Assembly: GCF_009834535.1 (NCBI RefSeq)
Contig: NC_045714.1
Location: 40,982,001 to 41,046,000 of the forward strand
Direction of reading: 5' to 3'
Length of the DNA stretch: 64,000 nt
Source: Camelus ferus
Lineage: Eukaryota
Shown here: in pieces, positions 48,035 to 59,720 of the stretch
Position numbering within the stretch: the stretch's first letter is position 1
How the letters are laid out: every line of letters begins with the position of its first letter
Notes under the pieces: generated by a model
Told to the model about the DNA's origin: nothing
Seen by the model: only the letters and a program-made list of their open reading frames with translations
Databases searched by the model: none
Translations under genes and position numbers: made by a program

Positions 48035-48320
48035 AGACAGTCAGATCTTGGTTCTAAACTTAGCTCAACCACTTAGCAGCTGTGTGACCTGGAGAGAGAC
48101 TTAAAAATTTTTTTTTTGTTATTGAGGGGGAGATAATTAGGTTTATTTATTTTTAGAGGAGATCCTGGGGCTTGAACCCCAGACCCTGTGCACGCCAAGC
48201 ATGTGCTCTACCACTTGAGCTGTGTCCTCCCCTCCGAGACTGATAACCTTTTAATCTTCAGTTTCTCGCTATACAACATATTGTTAATAATGATAACTAT
48301 TATGTTGGGATGTTGCAAAG
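48035..48320 (+). mobile_element. MIR SINE interrupted by a Vic-1-like SINE
   Basis: cagatcttggttctaaacttagctcaaccacttagcagctgtgtgacct...ttcagtttctcgc. Confidence 0.65.
48107..48233 (-). mobile_element. Vic-1-like SINE (long form)
   Basis: gataattaggtttatttatttttagaggagatcctggggcttgaaccccagaccctgtgcacgccaagcatgtgctctaccacttgagc; short gagact repeat on both sides. Confidence 0.88.
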
Positions 48321-48449
48321 ATTAGAAGGAATAGAGGCGAAGCCCCGGCAGGTCGGGGCACACCACCTGCTGCTCCCAGTGTTGGCAGTGGCGGCGGCAG
48401 CAGCAATGGGGGTGGTTTTATGCCCCGACTACTGGTAGCAATTATTCTT

Positions 48450-48905
48450 TAGAGGTAGACAGAGCAGACTCCAGAGTATGGTTTCAAACTGCCTCCTCCA
48501 CTTGCTAACTGGCCTTCGGCAAATTATTTAATTTGTCTGACTCTGAGTTTCTTTGTCTTCCAGAAGGGTGTAATAATAACCCTGACCTCAGAGGTTTAAT
48601 TTGAAGGTTCAGCGGGTGACTGTGCGTGAAGTTTTTAGCACAGTGCCTGGCACCTAGGGAACTTCAAATGCTGGTGGCAGGAGTGGAAGAGGCAGGGGTG
48701 GGGGTAGTTTTTAATAGGAGGCAGTTTCACACAGTAGCTACAAGAAGAATGGGGGCTCAAATTCCAGATCCTTCACTCCTTTAGCTGTGTGACCTTGGGC
48801 AACTCCATGAGCCTTTCTGAGCCTTGGTTTCATTATATGTAAAACAGAGAAAATAATAGTAGCCAACTTTAAGGGCGTTGTAAGAATTAAATGAGATAAT
48901 AACTG
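48450..48905 (+). mobile_element. Two MIR SINEs (48450-48680, 48735-48905)
   Basis: ggtttcaaactgcctcctccacttgctaac...; ttagctgtgtgaccttgggcaactcc...gtaagaattaaatgagataat. Confidence 0.8.
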
Positions 48906-49419
48906 CTGTGACGATGCTGATGATTCTCATAATCACTGCTGATAGCACAGGGGATGCTGGAGCACAATGTCCATCTGTGACCGTGACCACTTCACAGGGG
49001 ACCTCTGGGTCAGCCCTCAGGTGCCCTGCCTTCTCATCTTCTCTCTCAGGGCTTCAGCCCACCCTCCCAGTTAGCTTAGTGATAAAAGGCTTTTGAGAAG
49101 TTGGCCCTTTGACAGAGCTCCTCATCCATTCCTTCCAAAAGACAATGTCTGCACTGGCTTTATAAACCACATTGCAAATGCTAAAGGAATTTCAGCCTGG
49201 GGCTAAAGCTCTTAAACAGAAAGCTTGGAAGTCACGTGGAGCCCATGTGATCAAGTGGTCTTTTGTTAAGGGGCCTGGTAGTAATGTGTTCTGTTAATCA
49301 GAACATCTGATACTCATGGGACTGTGAGGATTACACAGACCTGTCAATCTAGTCTTGTAATGGGCCCTTGAGTGCTTGATAAAGGTGTTCACTTTCCAAA
49401 AAGTGGGCAGAGGATGGCA

Positions 49420-49641
49420 AAGGAGTTCATGTGAGCAGATTCTGAATTGCATAGTATAATAAGGAAGCCAGTAAGCACATGGGACTATTGAGCGCTTGAA
49501 ATGCGGCCAGTCCAAATGAGGTGTGCTCTAAGTAGAAAGACACATTGCAGTTTGAAGACTTGGCATGAAAAAAGGGTAAGATATCTCATTAATAATTTTT
49601 ATATTGATTATACCTTGACATGATACTGTTTTGGATACATT
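49420..49641. mobile_element. hAT-Charlie MER3/MER33-like MITE (ends in a gap)
   Basis: gccagtaagcacatgggactattgagcgcttgaaatgcggccagtccaaatgaggtgtgctctaagt. Confidence 0.7.
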
Positions 49642-49777
49642 NNNNNNNNNNNNNNNNNNNNNNNNNNNNNNNNNNNNNNNNNNNNNNNNNNNNNNNNNNN
49701 NNNNNNNNNNNNNNNNNNNNNNNNNNNNNNNNNNNNNNNNNNNNNNNNNNNNNNNNNNNNNNNNNNNNNNNNNNNNN
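49642..49777. other. Assembly gap (136 N)
   Basis: N run. Confidence 1.
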
Positions 49778-49890
49778 AATTCAGGCAGGAAACAGTCATT
49801 GTCAGTGTCAGAAGTACTGGGTTTTTCTCGGATGCAGGAATGAGACTGCAGATTCCAGAACAGACAGTTTTGAGATCAAAGTTGAGTTCT

Positions 49891-50567
49891 TTTTTTTTTT
49901 AATTGAAGTATAGTCAGTTTACAATGTTGTGCCAATTTCTGGTGTACAGCATAATGTTTCAATCATACATATACATACATATATTCCTTTTCATATCCTA
50001 TCCTTTTCCATGATAGGTTACTACAAGATATTGAATATAGTTCCCTGTGCTATACAGTATAAACTTATTGTTTATCTATTTTATATATAGTAGATGGTAT
50101 CTGCAAATCTCAAACTCCCAATTTATCCCTTCCCAACTCCTTTCCCACCCGGTAACCATAAGTTTGTTTTCTATATCTGAGAGTGTGTTTCTGCTTTATA
50201 AATAAGTTCATTTGTGTCTTTTTTTTTTTTTTTTAAGATTCCACATATAAGTCATATCATATTGTCTTTTTCTTTCTCTTTCTGGCTTACTTTACTTAGA
50301 ATGATGATCTCCAGGTCCATCCATGTTGCTGCAAATGGCATTATTTTATTCTTTTTTTATGACTGAGTGGTATTCTCTGTGTGTGTGTGTGTACAGTTTC
50401 TTTATCCAGTCATCTGTTGATGGACATTTAGGTTTTCCCATGTCTTGGCTATTGTAAATAGCACTTCTACGAACATTGCGGTGCAGGTATCTTTTCGAAT
50501 TAGAGTTCCCTCTGGGTATATGCCCAGAAGTGGGATTGCTTGTTCATATGGTAAGTCTATTTTTAAT
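49891..50567 (-). mobile_element. Young L1 3' end (5'-truncated)
   Basis: T tail then aattgaagtatagtcagtttacaatgttgtg...; 15-bp TSD tcaaagttgagttct (49876-49890) / tcaaggttgagttct (50568-50582). Confidence 0.95.
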
Positions 50568-50639
50568 TCAAGGTTGAGTTCTGATTGTTGGAGGCACTGG
50601 TCAGAGGTAGGCACTCAGTCAGAGGGCCCCGAGCAGACA

Positions 50640-51380
50640 GAGGCCCCTGTCTCCTCCCTACTTGTCTCCATCCCGACTTGCTACTGGACACCGTCATCTT
50701 TTGCCTGGATGACTCTAACAGTCCCCTCCTAACTGGTCTCCATACTCCCACTTTTGATCTCCAAGAATCTATTTTCTTGCCACTCCTAATAGCCAGAGTG
50801 ACATTTATTCCTCAAATACCCAAGTCTATTCAAATAGGCTCACTTTAATCTCTTTCATACCCACCAATCCTTTTGGAATTAAATTCAGGGTCCTTGTACA
50901 CCTGGTCTAGAAGGTCCTGCATATTCTGGCCTTTGACTGCTTTCTTGCCTCAGCTCCCTCCATTCTCTGCCTCACATGTGCTGTTCCAGCCTCATGAGCC
51001 TCCACGAGGTGCCAGCTGTTTTCCTCCTCAGGGCCTTTGCATGTGCTAGCTCTTCTACCTGGAATAGTTTTGCCTCAACACCTCACCTGGATGATGCCTT
51101 CTCATGCTTCAAGGTTCAGCTGAGATATCACCTCCTCTGAGAAAACTTCTCCATCTCTAACCAAAAGCCCTGATTTCCTTCCCATTACCCTGTTCCTTAC
51201 TCTCATCGCATCATTACCCGTTGGCATTCATGAGCTTGTTCAATCTTTCAGCCTATCACTGGATATTAAGCTCTTTGCAGTAGGTCCATGTCTGTGTTCT
51301 ATCCCCAGTCCTGGCATGAAGACAATCACAGAGGAGGCACTTAGAAAATATTTTTTGAAAAAAGAATAAATGAATGACGA
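50640..51380 (+). mobile_element. L2 3' region
   Basis: gcctggatgactctaacagtcccctcctaactggtctcc...gggcctttgcatgtgctagctcttctacctggaatag...gaataaatgaatga. Confidence 0.85.
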
Positions 51381-51777
51381 TCTGTTATGTGAACCAGGAC
51401 ACAAGTTCCATGCCAGCCTCAGCAATGATGACTTGATAGAGAAAGACTGAAGCTGTGGGATTGGATTGATGGGGTTGCAGGGAATGGCAACTCCAAGGGA
51501 GGAGGCAGAAGAACTCAGAGGCTGGGGCAGCGAGGAGGGTCCAGCCTGAGCCCAACAGGGCTAGCTCTGCCTTCTCTCAGGCTGTGACTTCAAAGCCCTT
51601 CACAGGAAGCGAGCCAAGATGGGTCGGTCCCTGGAGGTGTTACTGGCCCCTGGAAGGCCCCTGCCTGGGTCTGATGAAGCACCTCCCGTGTCAGGTCTCA
51701 TAATTAACTGAGGCCATGCAGTGTGTTCGTGCAGGTGTAAATCATCAGCAGATACTTCGGGGCTTATCTACTAATGA

Positions 51778-51949
51778 NNNNNNNNNNNNNNNNNNNNNNN
51801 NNNNNNNNNNNNNNNNNNNNNNNNNNNNNNNNNNNNNNNNNNNNNNNNNNNNNNNNNNNNNNNNNNNNNNNNNNNNNNNNNNNNNNNNNNNNNNNNNNNN
51901 NNNNNNNNNNNNNNNNNNNNNNNNNNNNNNNNNNNNNNNNNNNNNNNNN
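51778..51949. other. Assembly gap (172 N)
   Basis: N run. Confidence 1.
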
Positions 51950-52364
51950 AACCGTGGGCTGTTTGAAATTTAAATCAGAGCAAGGCTGGTCAATAGAAAC
52001 AGGTTTGCTGCACTCAGATTAGTTGGACTAGGATGCGAAGGGCCTGGGGAGTTGGGGGAGCTTTCCAGCTGCCCAAGGGTATAAGGTCACAGGCTGTCCC
52101 CTCTCCTAAGCAGTTTTCTCCTTTGGGCTCCACCTCTGCATTCCTGGCTGCAGAATCTCCAAGTCCCCAGGGACTCAATTTCCTGTCTGAGGACTCATAA
52201 CCTCGTGATTCATGAGGACATATTACTGCTGCTTGAGGAGAGATGAGGTTTTTCTCTTTGTCTCTTTCCCACGGCTCGCAGAGCAAAGTTGAGAAAACAG
52301 CAGGTGTGAAATTAATTTTGGAAGTTTCAGTTTCTGGACAGGCTGACATTTGTGGAATATAAAC

Positions 52365-52550
52365 TCTGTGCCAAGAATTGTGCTCAGTGCCTTAGGCATG
52401 CTTTCTAAATACGTGTGTGCGCATCACACATGAGCCAATGGGGTAAATAGTCCCATTGCACAAATTTCATAGATGAAGCTTGGAGAGGGACAGAGACCTA
52501 CCCATATATTACAAATAGAAAAAGTTTGGTTTGAATCTAGCTTTCTAATC
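52365..52550 (-). mobile_element. MIR SINE
   Basis: gtcccattgcacaaatttcatagatgaagcttggagagggacagagacctaccc. Confidence 0.5.
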
Positions 52551-52904
52551 CCCATCTTATAAGGTCACTTGGATGGCTGAATCCTATAGAAAGTGATGCT
52601 CAGTACTTACTTGTTTTTGTTATTAAACTCATCTGCAGCCAATGCCTGCAGAAGAGAGAATGTTTCTTTCCTGTAGGGGGAGCTGAGACTGCGGGGCTTC
52701 CCATAAAAGTCAGGGAGATTGGTTGGTTGGATTTTCCTAGACAGAGCGATGAGACCTATGTGAAACTCCAGCCATGAGGAGTGTGGGGGACCTCTCTCAG
52801 AGGTGCCTCTCCCCTTGAAAGGTCACACCCAGCTCAGATATCCAGAGAGAACCTCGGAGGCTGCCCTAACAATGCTGAGTTACAGTGGAGCAGAGCTGCA
52901 GCTC

Positions 52905-53300
52905 TTGTAGATGTCATTGGCATCTTGTTCAAATCCTTTTGTTCTTACCGCTCAAGTGCGTGCCAGCTCAACTGTCAACTGCCAACCCCTTCATTTCTTT
53001 CCTTAAGGCTTTTCTCTAGCCATCAGGGTCCACTAGGCCCAACTGTGTGGCAGGCCAGAAGTGCCAGCGAATTAATGTTCCTCAAGAGCAGCCTTCAACA
53101 CTGAGTGATGGAATCTGGTGTATCAATACCCCAGTCCCCTACTCCCTCAGATGAGATACTCTGCAGTACATGTTCCCTAGAAGATTACACCCCAGTTGCC
53201 CATTGTGGTATCATTTCTTCACTCTCTTATTCTTATTTCCTGAGAACACTTCCTAAGTAAAACAACTGCACTTGAATCCTTATCTCAGGGTCTGTTTTTG
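52905..53300 (+). mobile_element. ERVL LTR16-family solo LTR
   Basis: ggcaggccagaagtgccagcgaattaatg...gagcagccttcaacactgagtgatggaatctggtgtatcaataccccag...tgcacttgaatccttatctcagggtctg. Confidence 0.8.
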
Positions 53301-53334
53301 AAGAAATCAAACTAGGATGAAATGATTTATGGCT

Positions 53335-53499
53335 TTAAAAATGGTTTATTTTTAATTGTACAAGTAAACATAAATATAATCTCATAAACTTAACAGTTAC
53401 TTTCAAAGTCCCCTTGACCCTCTTCCCCAATAACTTCCCTACTCAGAAATGACTATTGTCATTATTTTAATATTTATTCTTCCAGACAGTTTCACACAA

Positions 53500-53540
<41 letters not shown>

Positions 53541-53740
53541 GAGACGTACAACCCACATTGCATGTTGACCTGCAATGTACTTTTTTGTTTTGGATATCTT
53601 TCTAAGTAAACAACAATCTCCCTCACTTCTTTTAAATGCTGTACAACATTACACTGTGTGAATTAAGCTTGGTGTCTTTAACCCCTCCTCTGTTGGTGGA
53701 TATTTAGGTTATTCCCAGTTCTATGATGGCTTCAACTTTG
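53335..53740 (-). mobile_element. Old L1 (L1ME) 3' fragment
   Basis: tcacttctttttaaatgctgtacaacattacactgtgtg...ctgttggtggatatttaggttattcccag. Confidence 0.55.
53502..53538. repeat. (CA)n microsatellite
   Basis: Perfect AC array. Confidence 0.97.
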
Positions 53741-54297
53741 GAAGTTTCCTCTCTAGATTATGGACTGTCCTGATGAGGGTCAATTTCCTCAAATAAAGGG
53801 GTTTGCAATCACTTGCTTGTGAATCTTGAAACAGCCACGATGCTGGTTATAAGATGTTATGAAAACCAGAAAGAATTTCTGGGGAATTCCAGACAATCTA
53901 ACATGACTCCTCCAAGCCCCTAGAGGATCCGAACCAGACTCTGAAGAGGTGGACTGGGACAGATGCTGGAGAGAGAAGAAGGGGAGGGGAGCGAGCAGGG
54001 GGGATAAGGACTGAGGAAGAGGAGTCTTTTTTGGTCCCAGACTCTTGAAGCTCTGTTTGCTAATTTATCATAAGACCGCAGAAAAATTGATCCCTCCTGC
54101 CTCATCCAGATGTTGCTTTCTTGAGTTCTGGCCTTGCCCCCATAGCTCTTACCACATCAAGGAGGTGGATAGAAATTAAAAAAAAAAAAAAAAAAAAGCT
54201 TTTGCTATAGTAGGTTTGAAATCCCCTCTGCTGTGTGTGTGTTTTTGTTTTTTTTTGCACCATCTCAGTCTTGAAGCCTGTTCTAGGAAGCGTAAAT

Positions 54298-54380
54298 TAT
54301 TAGGTTGAACCATATGAATGTGACATTTTTGTAGGTCAAAATGGTCAAATACCTTCAGTTTCATGTGGTTCAACTAAATA
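54298..54380. mobile_element. MADE2-like mariner MITE
   Basis: TA-flanked inverted termini tattaggttgaaccatatgaa...ttcatgtggttcaactaaata. Confidence 0.85.
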
Positions 54381-54429
54381 TTTTGGGGGAGCAATTCAAA
54401 TTTATTTTTTAGGCACTGGAGTTGGGGTG

Positions 54430-54640
54430 ACAGTGTGACTGCAATCTAAAGAGAACTTGAGTCAGAACCACCTAGTTAATCAAGTTCCTTTATCTCTCTG
54501 TGCCTCAGTTTCCTCATCTCTGGAATGAGCATAATAATGGTACTTCACAGGATTGATGTAAATGAAATAGAAATAATATATGTCAAAGACTTAAAATCCT
54601 ACCTCTCTCATAGAAGAAGTGTTACAAAGTGTAATTCCCA
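54430..54640 (+). mobile_element. MIR SINE
   Basis: ctctctgtgcctcagtttcctcatctctggaatgagcataataatggtacttcacaggattg. Confidence 0.8.
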
Positions 54641-55232
54641 TTGTCATCAGCATTACTGAGTGATAGGATGCCAGGAAAAAAAGGAAAGAGACTGAATATT
54701 TACTGAGTGACTGCTGCCTGACAAGCATTGGATACACACTTTACATAAACTTCATTAAAGGAAAACAATGCTGTGTGAGACCATTAATATCTCTGAATTT
54801 TCCAGATGCTGAAAATGAATCTCAGAATTGTTAAATAGTTTACCAAAGATGGAAACTATGGAGAAGTGGAAGAGTCATATGAGACATGGTGAATACATAT
54901 GTTTCATTGGAATTCCAGAAGATGAGAGAGAAGAAAATGGAGCAGAAGCCACATTTGAAGTGACTTTCCAAATATAGTGAAAGACACCACGTGTAATTAA
55001 CCAATAAAGTGAACCCAAAGAAAACCAGATTTGGTTCATCACAGTGAAACTGGTGAAAATAAAGACTATTTATTATTATTATATTTGTTATGGTGATCAG
55101 TGATCTTTGGTGTTGCTATTGTAATCATTTTTGGGGTGTCATGAACACTGTTGTCTCATTTTAAGAAATTGCCACAGCCACCCCAACCATCAGCAATCAC
55201 CACCCTGATCAGCCAGCAGCCATCGACAGCAA

Positions 55233-55360
55233 NNNNNNNNNNNNNNNNNNNNNNNNNNNNNNNNNNNNNNNNNNNNNNNNNNNNNNNNNNNNNNNNNNNN
55301 NNNNNNNNNNNNNNNNNNNNNNNNNNNNNNNNNNNNNNNNNNNNNNNNNNNNNNNNNNNN
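55233..55360. other. Assembly gap (128 N) inside Tigger1
   Basis: N run. Confidence 1.
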
Positions 55361-55409
55361 AAAGAGATTACAGTAAAGTTTAAGTATAACTTTCAAAAAC
55401 GTATTTCAC

Positions 55410-55497
55410 TTTTTTTTTAATGGAGTTACTGGGGATTGAACCGAGGACTTCATGCATGCTAAGCTCACCGTTTACCACTGAGCTATTCCACACCCCC
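55410..55497 (-). mobile_element. Vic-1-like SINE (short form) nested in Tigger1
   Basis: ttttttttaatggagttactggggattgaaccgaggacttcatgcatgctaagc...ccactgagcta. Confidence 0.85.
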
Positions 55498-58400
55498 ACC
55501 TCCTGAAGCATAACGTTTGTATGCACTGGGAAACCAAAAAATTTGTGTGACGTGCTTTATTTTGATATGCACTTTTTTGTGATGGTCTGGAACTAAACCC
55601 ACAATATCTTGGAGGTATGCCTGTAAGGATAAATAAGATCTGGTTAATACATTTGACCTAATTTACATAAATTAGCTTAATTTGTTTAATTGACTAAATC
55701 TAGCTGACTTAATTGAATACTAATTGACTACTAGTAGAATACTTTCCAACATCACACATGGACTATTTAGTAAAGTTGATTATATTTTAGGACAGAAATC
55801 AAGTTTCATCAAGTTTAAAACATTTAAACTACTTGGCACGTGTCCTCTGAGTAGAGTAGAATTGAGCTAGAAATAAGCACTAAAAAGAAAATAAGAAATG
55901 CTCAAGTATTTGGAAATTAAGCAATTGATTCCTAAGTAATCTATGAGTCAAAGAACAAATTAAAGTGAAAACTAGATATTATTTTGGAGTGAATGATAAT
56001 AAAAAATAGGACGTATAAAAGCATGAAGAATATGGCTCGAGTTGTGGTAGAAGGAAATTTATAGCCCTGTATTCATATATGAGAAGAGAAGAAAAGCTAG
56101 AAATCCATGATTCCAGCTTTCATATCAAAAAGTTAGAAAAAGAACAAATTAAGCCCAAAGAATGTTCAATAAAGAAAATAATTTAAAAAGAATAAATTAG
56201 AAAAAAATACAAGGGAAAAAAAAACCCCAAAAGTTGATTCTCTGAAAGACTAATAAAATAGACAAATCTCTAGCAAGGCTAATCAGACAACAAATTACAA
56301 TTTTATAATGGGAAAAGGGATATTGCTATAGCTCATACAGATACAGAGGATATAATGTACAACTTCATGCTAATGTATTTTAAAACGTGGATGAATTATT
56401 AAAATTCTAAGAATGATGTAATATATCAAAATTGACCAAGGAGAGACTATCTGAAGAGTCGCATGTTAACAAAGATATTTAAACTGTAATTTAAAATCTT
56501 CCAACACACACACACAAATCCTCAAGAGCTGATTACTTTATCAATGAACTTTTAAAAACATTTATGGAAGAAATACTACAAATATAAAAATACTTACAAA
56601 AATTAGAAATGAAAAATAGAGATATTATGAGATCAATAAAACCTGATAAGAACACCACACAAAAAAGAAACTACAAGCCGTTTTTTCTATATAGGTATGA
56701 AAATCCCAAACTAAATATTAGCAAATCAAACCAAGTAGTGTATAAAGAAGGCTATACACCTAGGTAAAGTTGGATTTACTCTAGGGATGCAAGTTGATTA
56801 AACATTTAAAAATATTATTTATCACATTAATGGCATAAAGAGGAAAAATTTTGATCATCTCAACAGATTCAGTAAGAGCATTTGAAAAGTTCAGCACCTA
56901 ATCATTATAAAACCCCTCAGTAGTCTAGGAATAGAAGGGAATTTACAAAATCTGATAAATGATACCTACAAAAAATCTTGCAGCATACATCACATAGTAT
57001 TCAATAGTGGTATGTTGAAAGTTTTCTCCCCGAAACTGGTAATGATCTGAGGATGGCCACTATTGCCATTTCTAGACAAAATTGTACTGGAGGTCCTATC
57101 CAATGCAATAAATCAGGTAAAAGAAATAAAAGGCATAAAGATTGAGTAGAAAGAAAGAAAATTATCATTATATGTAGATGACATGAATGCATGTAGAAAA
57201 TTCAAAATAATGTACAGTTATACTATAAAACTTAATAAGTGAATTTTGCTTGACCACCGAATATAAAGTTAAAATTAAAAATCAATTATGTTTTTATAAC
57301 TATGAATAAACAAATGGAAAATTGACAGATTAAAGTGATGTAGTTTACAATGCCACCAAACCCCTCAGGTATCTAGGAGTAAATCAAAATCTTTACAAGA
57401 CTTAGCTATAGGAAACCATAAAATATAGTTGAGAAAAATTAAAGAAGTAAATAAACTGAGTGATATAACATGTTCAAACATTGGAAGCTTCAGTATTATA
57501 AATATGTCAGTTCTTTTAAATAATCTATGGGTTTAATGAAATTCCACTAAAAATGTTAGTGGGTTTTGTGTATATGTCTGCTCGGTATGTGTGTGTGTGT
57601 GTGTATGGGTGCGTGCATGCACGCGCGTGAATGTGGGTATGTAGAAACAGAAAAACTATTCTAATATTTATTTGGAAATATAAAGGGCCCAGAATTGCCA
57701 AGACAATTCTGGGGAAGAACAAAGTTGGAAGACTTACACTCTCAACATTGAGATTTATTTTAAAGCTACAGTAACTAAGACAGTGTGGTATTGGCACAAG
57801 ACAAAATAGAGAACAAATGGAGATCTAGAAATAGATCCGAACATATATGTCCACTTGATTCATGACAGCAGTGACACTGCGCTCCAGTCCAGAAAGGATG
57901 CCCTCCAAAAAAATCATATGGGGTCAGTTGGATGTTTCTACGGAAAAAAATGAATCTGAGGCTGGATCACACATTGTACACAAAAATCAATTCCAGATGC
58001 ATTATAGTTCTAAATGTAAAAGGTGAAAACAATAAGACGTTATAAAGACAAATTTGAGAATATTTTCATGACTTTAGGGTAGGCCAATATTTCTTAAGGA
58101 AGATAGAACACTATTCATAATAGGGAGAATTGTTAGATTGGTCTTCATTAAAATCAAGAACTTGTGTTTATCAAAATACACTGCCAAAAGAGTGAAAATG
58201 CAAGACACAGTGGAAAGATATTTAAAATACATATATTCAGCTAGGGACACTTAGCCAGAGCATAGAAAGTGCTTCTATAAATCAATAAGAAACAGTTCAA
58301 CAACCCAAGAGAAAAAAGCATAAAATTTAGACAGGTGTTTCAGGAGAGAGGATTTCCAAGTAGCCAATAAGCATATGAAAAGGTGTTTAACCTTATTGGT

Positions 58401-59119
58401 CACTGGTAAAATGCAAATTGAAATCACCATAAGATGTCTCCACACTTCTGCCAGAATGGCTAAAACAAGAAAGACAGGCACTTCCAAGTGTTGACAAGGA
58501 CAGTATTTGAAACTCATACTCTTGGTATATTCAGTCAGTGTCCCAGTTACAATGCTGAGTGAAAGAAGGCCGTCACAAAGGGACACATGCTGTGTGATTT
58601 ACTTCATGTAAAGTATCAAAATAGGTAAAACTGATGGTGAAAAATGTACAAATGTCGTTGTTTATTATAGAAGCAGCAGGAGTGTTGGTTCTAGTCTGTT
58701 TCTTGGTCTGGGTCATGGATTACACGGGTTTATGGAAACTTTGTGTATGATCTGTGCACATTTCTATTTGCTTGTTATTCTATATTAAGTATTTGAAACA
58801 AAATTACCACTAAGTTAAAAACTTCAGACACCTGAGAGGTGGGAACTCTTCAGGTTTCAAAGACTGAAATCTTTGCCTGATAAGAGTAGCCCAGGGGGAA
58901 ATGCAACAGTGTGGCTGGGGAGGGGCAGCTGTCCTCCCCAGAACTGTTGCCAACACTTTTCCATGATAACGAAACTCATCTGACTCACTTACAGCATTCT
59001 GAATGCAACATCTTTGGACGTTTGACAAGAGCTGAGTGCTTAGTTCTCCCAGGGCAACGACATTATTTGGGTGTAGAAGGGAAGAATGAGGAGGTGGGAA
59101 GGCAGAGAGTTCTTGCTAA

Positions 59120-59720
59120 TCTAGTGCGGTGTTTCTTCAACTTGAATATGCAACACAGTCACCTGGAGGGTTTGTTACAACAGCCGCGGCTGGGGTCCAC
59201 TCCCAAAGTTTCTGATTCAGTAGGTGTTATGAATTGAATGCTTGTGCTCCCCCAGCACCCCAGATTCATATGCTGAAATCCAAACTCCCAGTGTGATGAC
59301 ATTAGGAGATAGGACTCTTGGGAGGTAATGAGGTCGTTAAGACTGGAGCCCTCAAGAATGTGATTAGTGCCCTTATAAGAAGAAATATGAGAGCTTTCTT
59401 TTCCTCTCTCTCTGTTCTCCACTATGTGAAAACACAAAGGGAAAGCAGCCATTTGCAAACCAAGAAGAGAGCCCTCAGCAGACAGAAGATCTGCTGATGC
59501 CTTGATCTTGGACTTCCAAATCTCTGGAATTGTGAGAAATAAATGTCTGTTGTGTGTGTTAGCCACTCAGTCTAAGATGATACCCTGTCACAGCAGCCTG
59601 AACTAAGATCATTGGCCTAGGGTGGCCCCCCTCCAATTTTGCATTTGTGCAAGTTCCCAGGGGATGCTGACGCTAATGCCGCTGGGCCAGGTACCACACT
59701 TGGTACCACACTGATCCAGA
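59120..59720. mobile_element. MER5A split by MLT1A (59120-59224, 59612-59720)
   Basis: cacctggagggtttgttacaacag...gtttctgattcagtagg, then after the LTR gcatttgtgcaagttcccaggggatgctgacgct. Confidence 0.75.
59225..59611 (+). mobile_element. MaLR MLT1A-type solo LTR
   Basis: tgttatgaattgaatgcttgtg...gattagtgcccttataagaag...ccttgatcttggacttcc...gagaaataaatgtctgttg...gcagcctgaactaaga. Confidence 0.92.

Larger units (their letters stand above)
55070..55625 (+). mobile_element. Tigger1-derived internally deleted element nested in the L1
   Basis: gaaattgccacagccaccccaaccatcagcaatcaccaccctgatcag...gcactgggaaaccaaaaaatttgtgtgac...cacaatatcttggaggtatgcctgTA. Confidence 0.88.
54860..58805 (+). mobile_element. 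Large degraded old L1 (ORF1 end, ORF2, 3'UTR)
   Basis: ORF1-like attggaattccagaagatgagagagaagaaaatggagcagaagc; ORF2-like gcatttgaaaagttcagcacc...ggaatagaagggaattt...gacagtgtggtattggcacaag; no long open frame. Confidence 0.88.

Noticed and set aside
5689-55420. ORFs containing long X runs
   Set aside because: Artefacts of translating through N gaps.
14798-55497. tRNA-like sequences (A/B-box-bearing heads)
   Set aside because: Each has substitutions that disrupt the cloverleaf, an A-rich tail and often a TSD, so they are SINEs rather than tRNA genes.
54860-58805. L1 ORF2 as a potentially functional reverse transcriptase
   Set aside because: No long open frame, many stops and indels, and interrupted by Tigger1 and a SINE; it is inactive.
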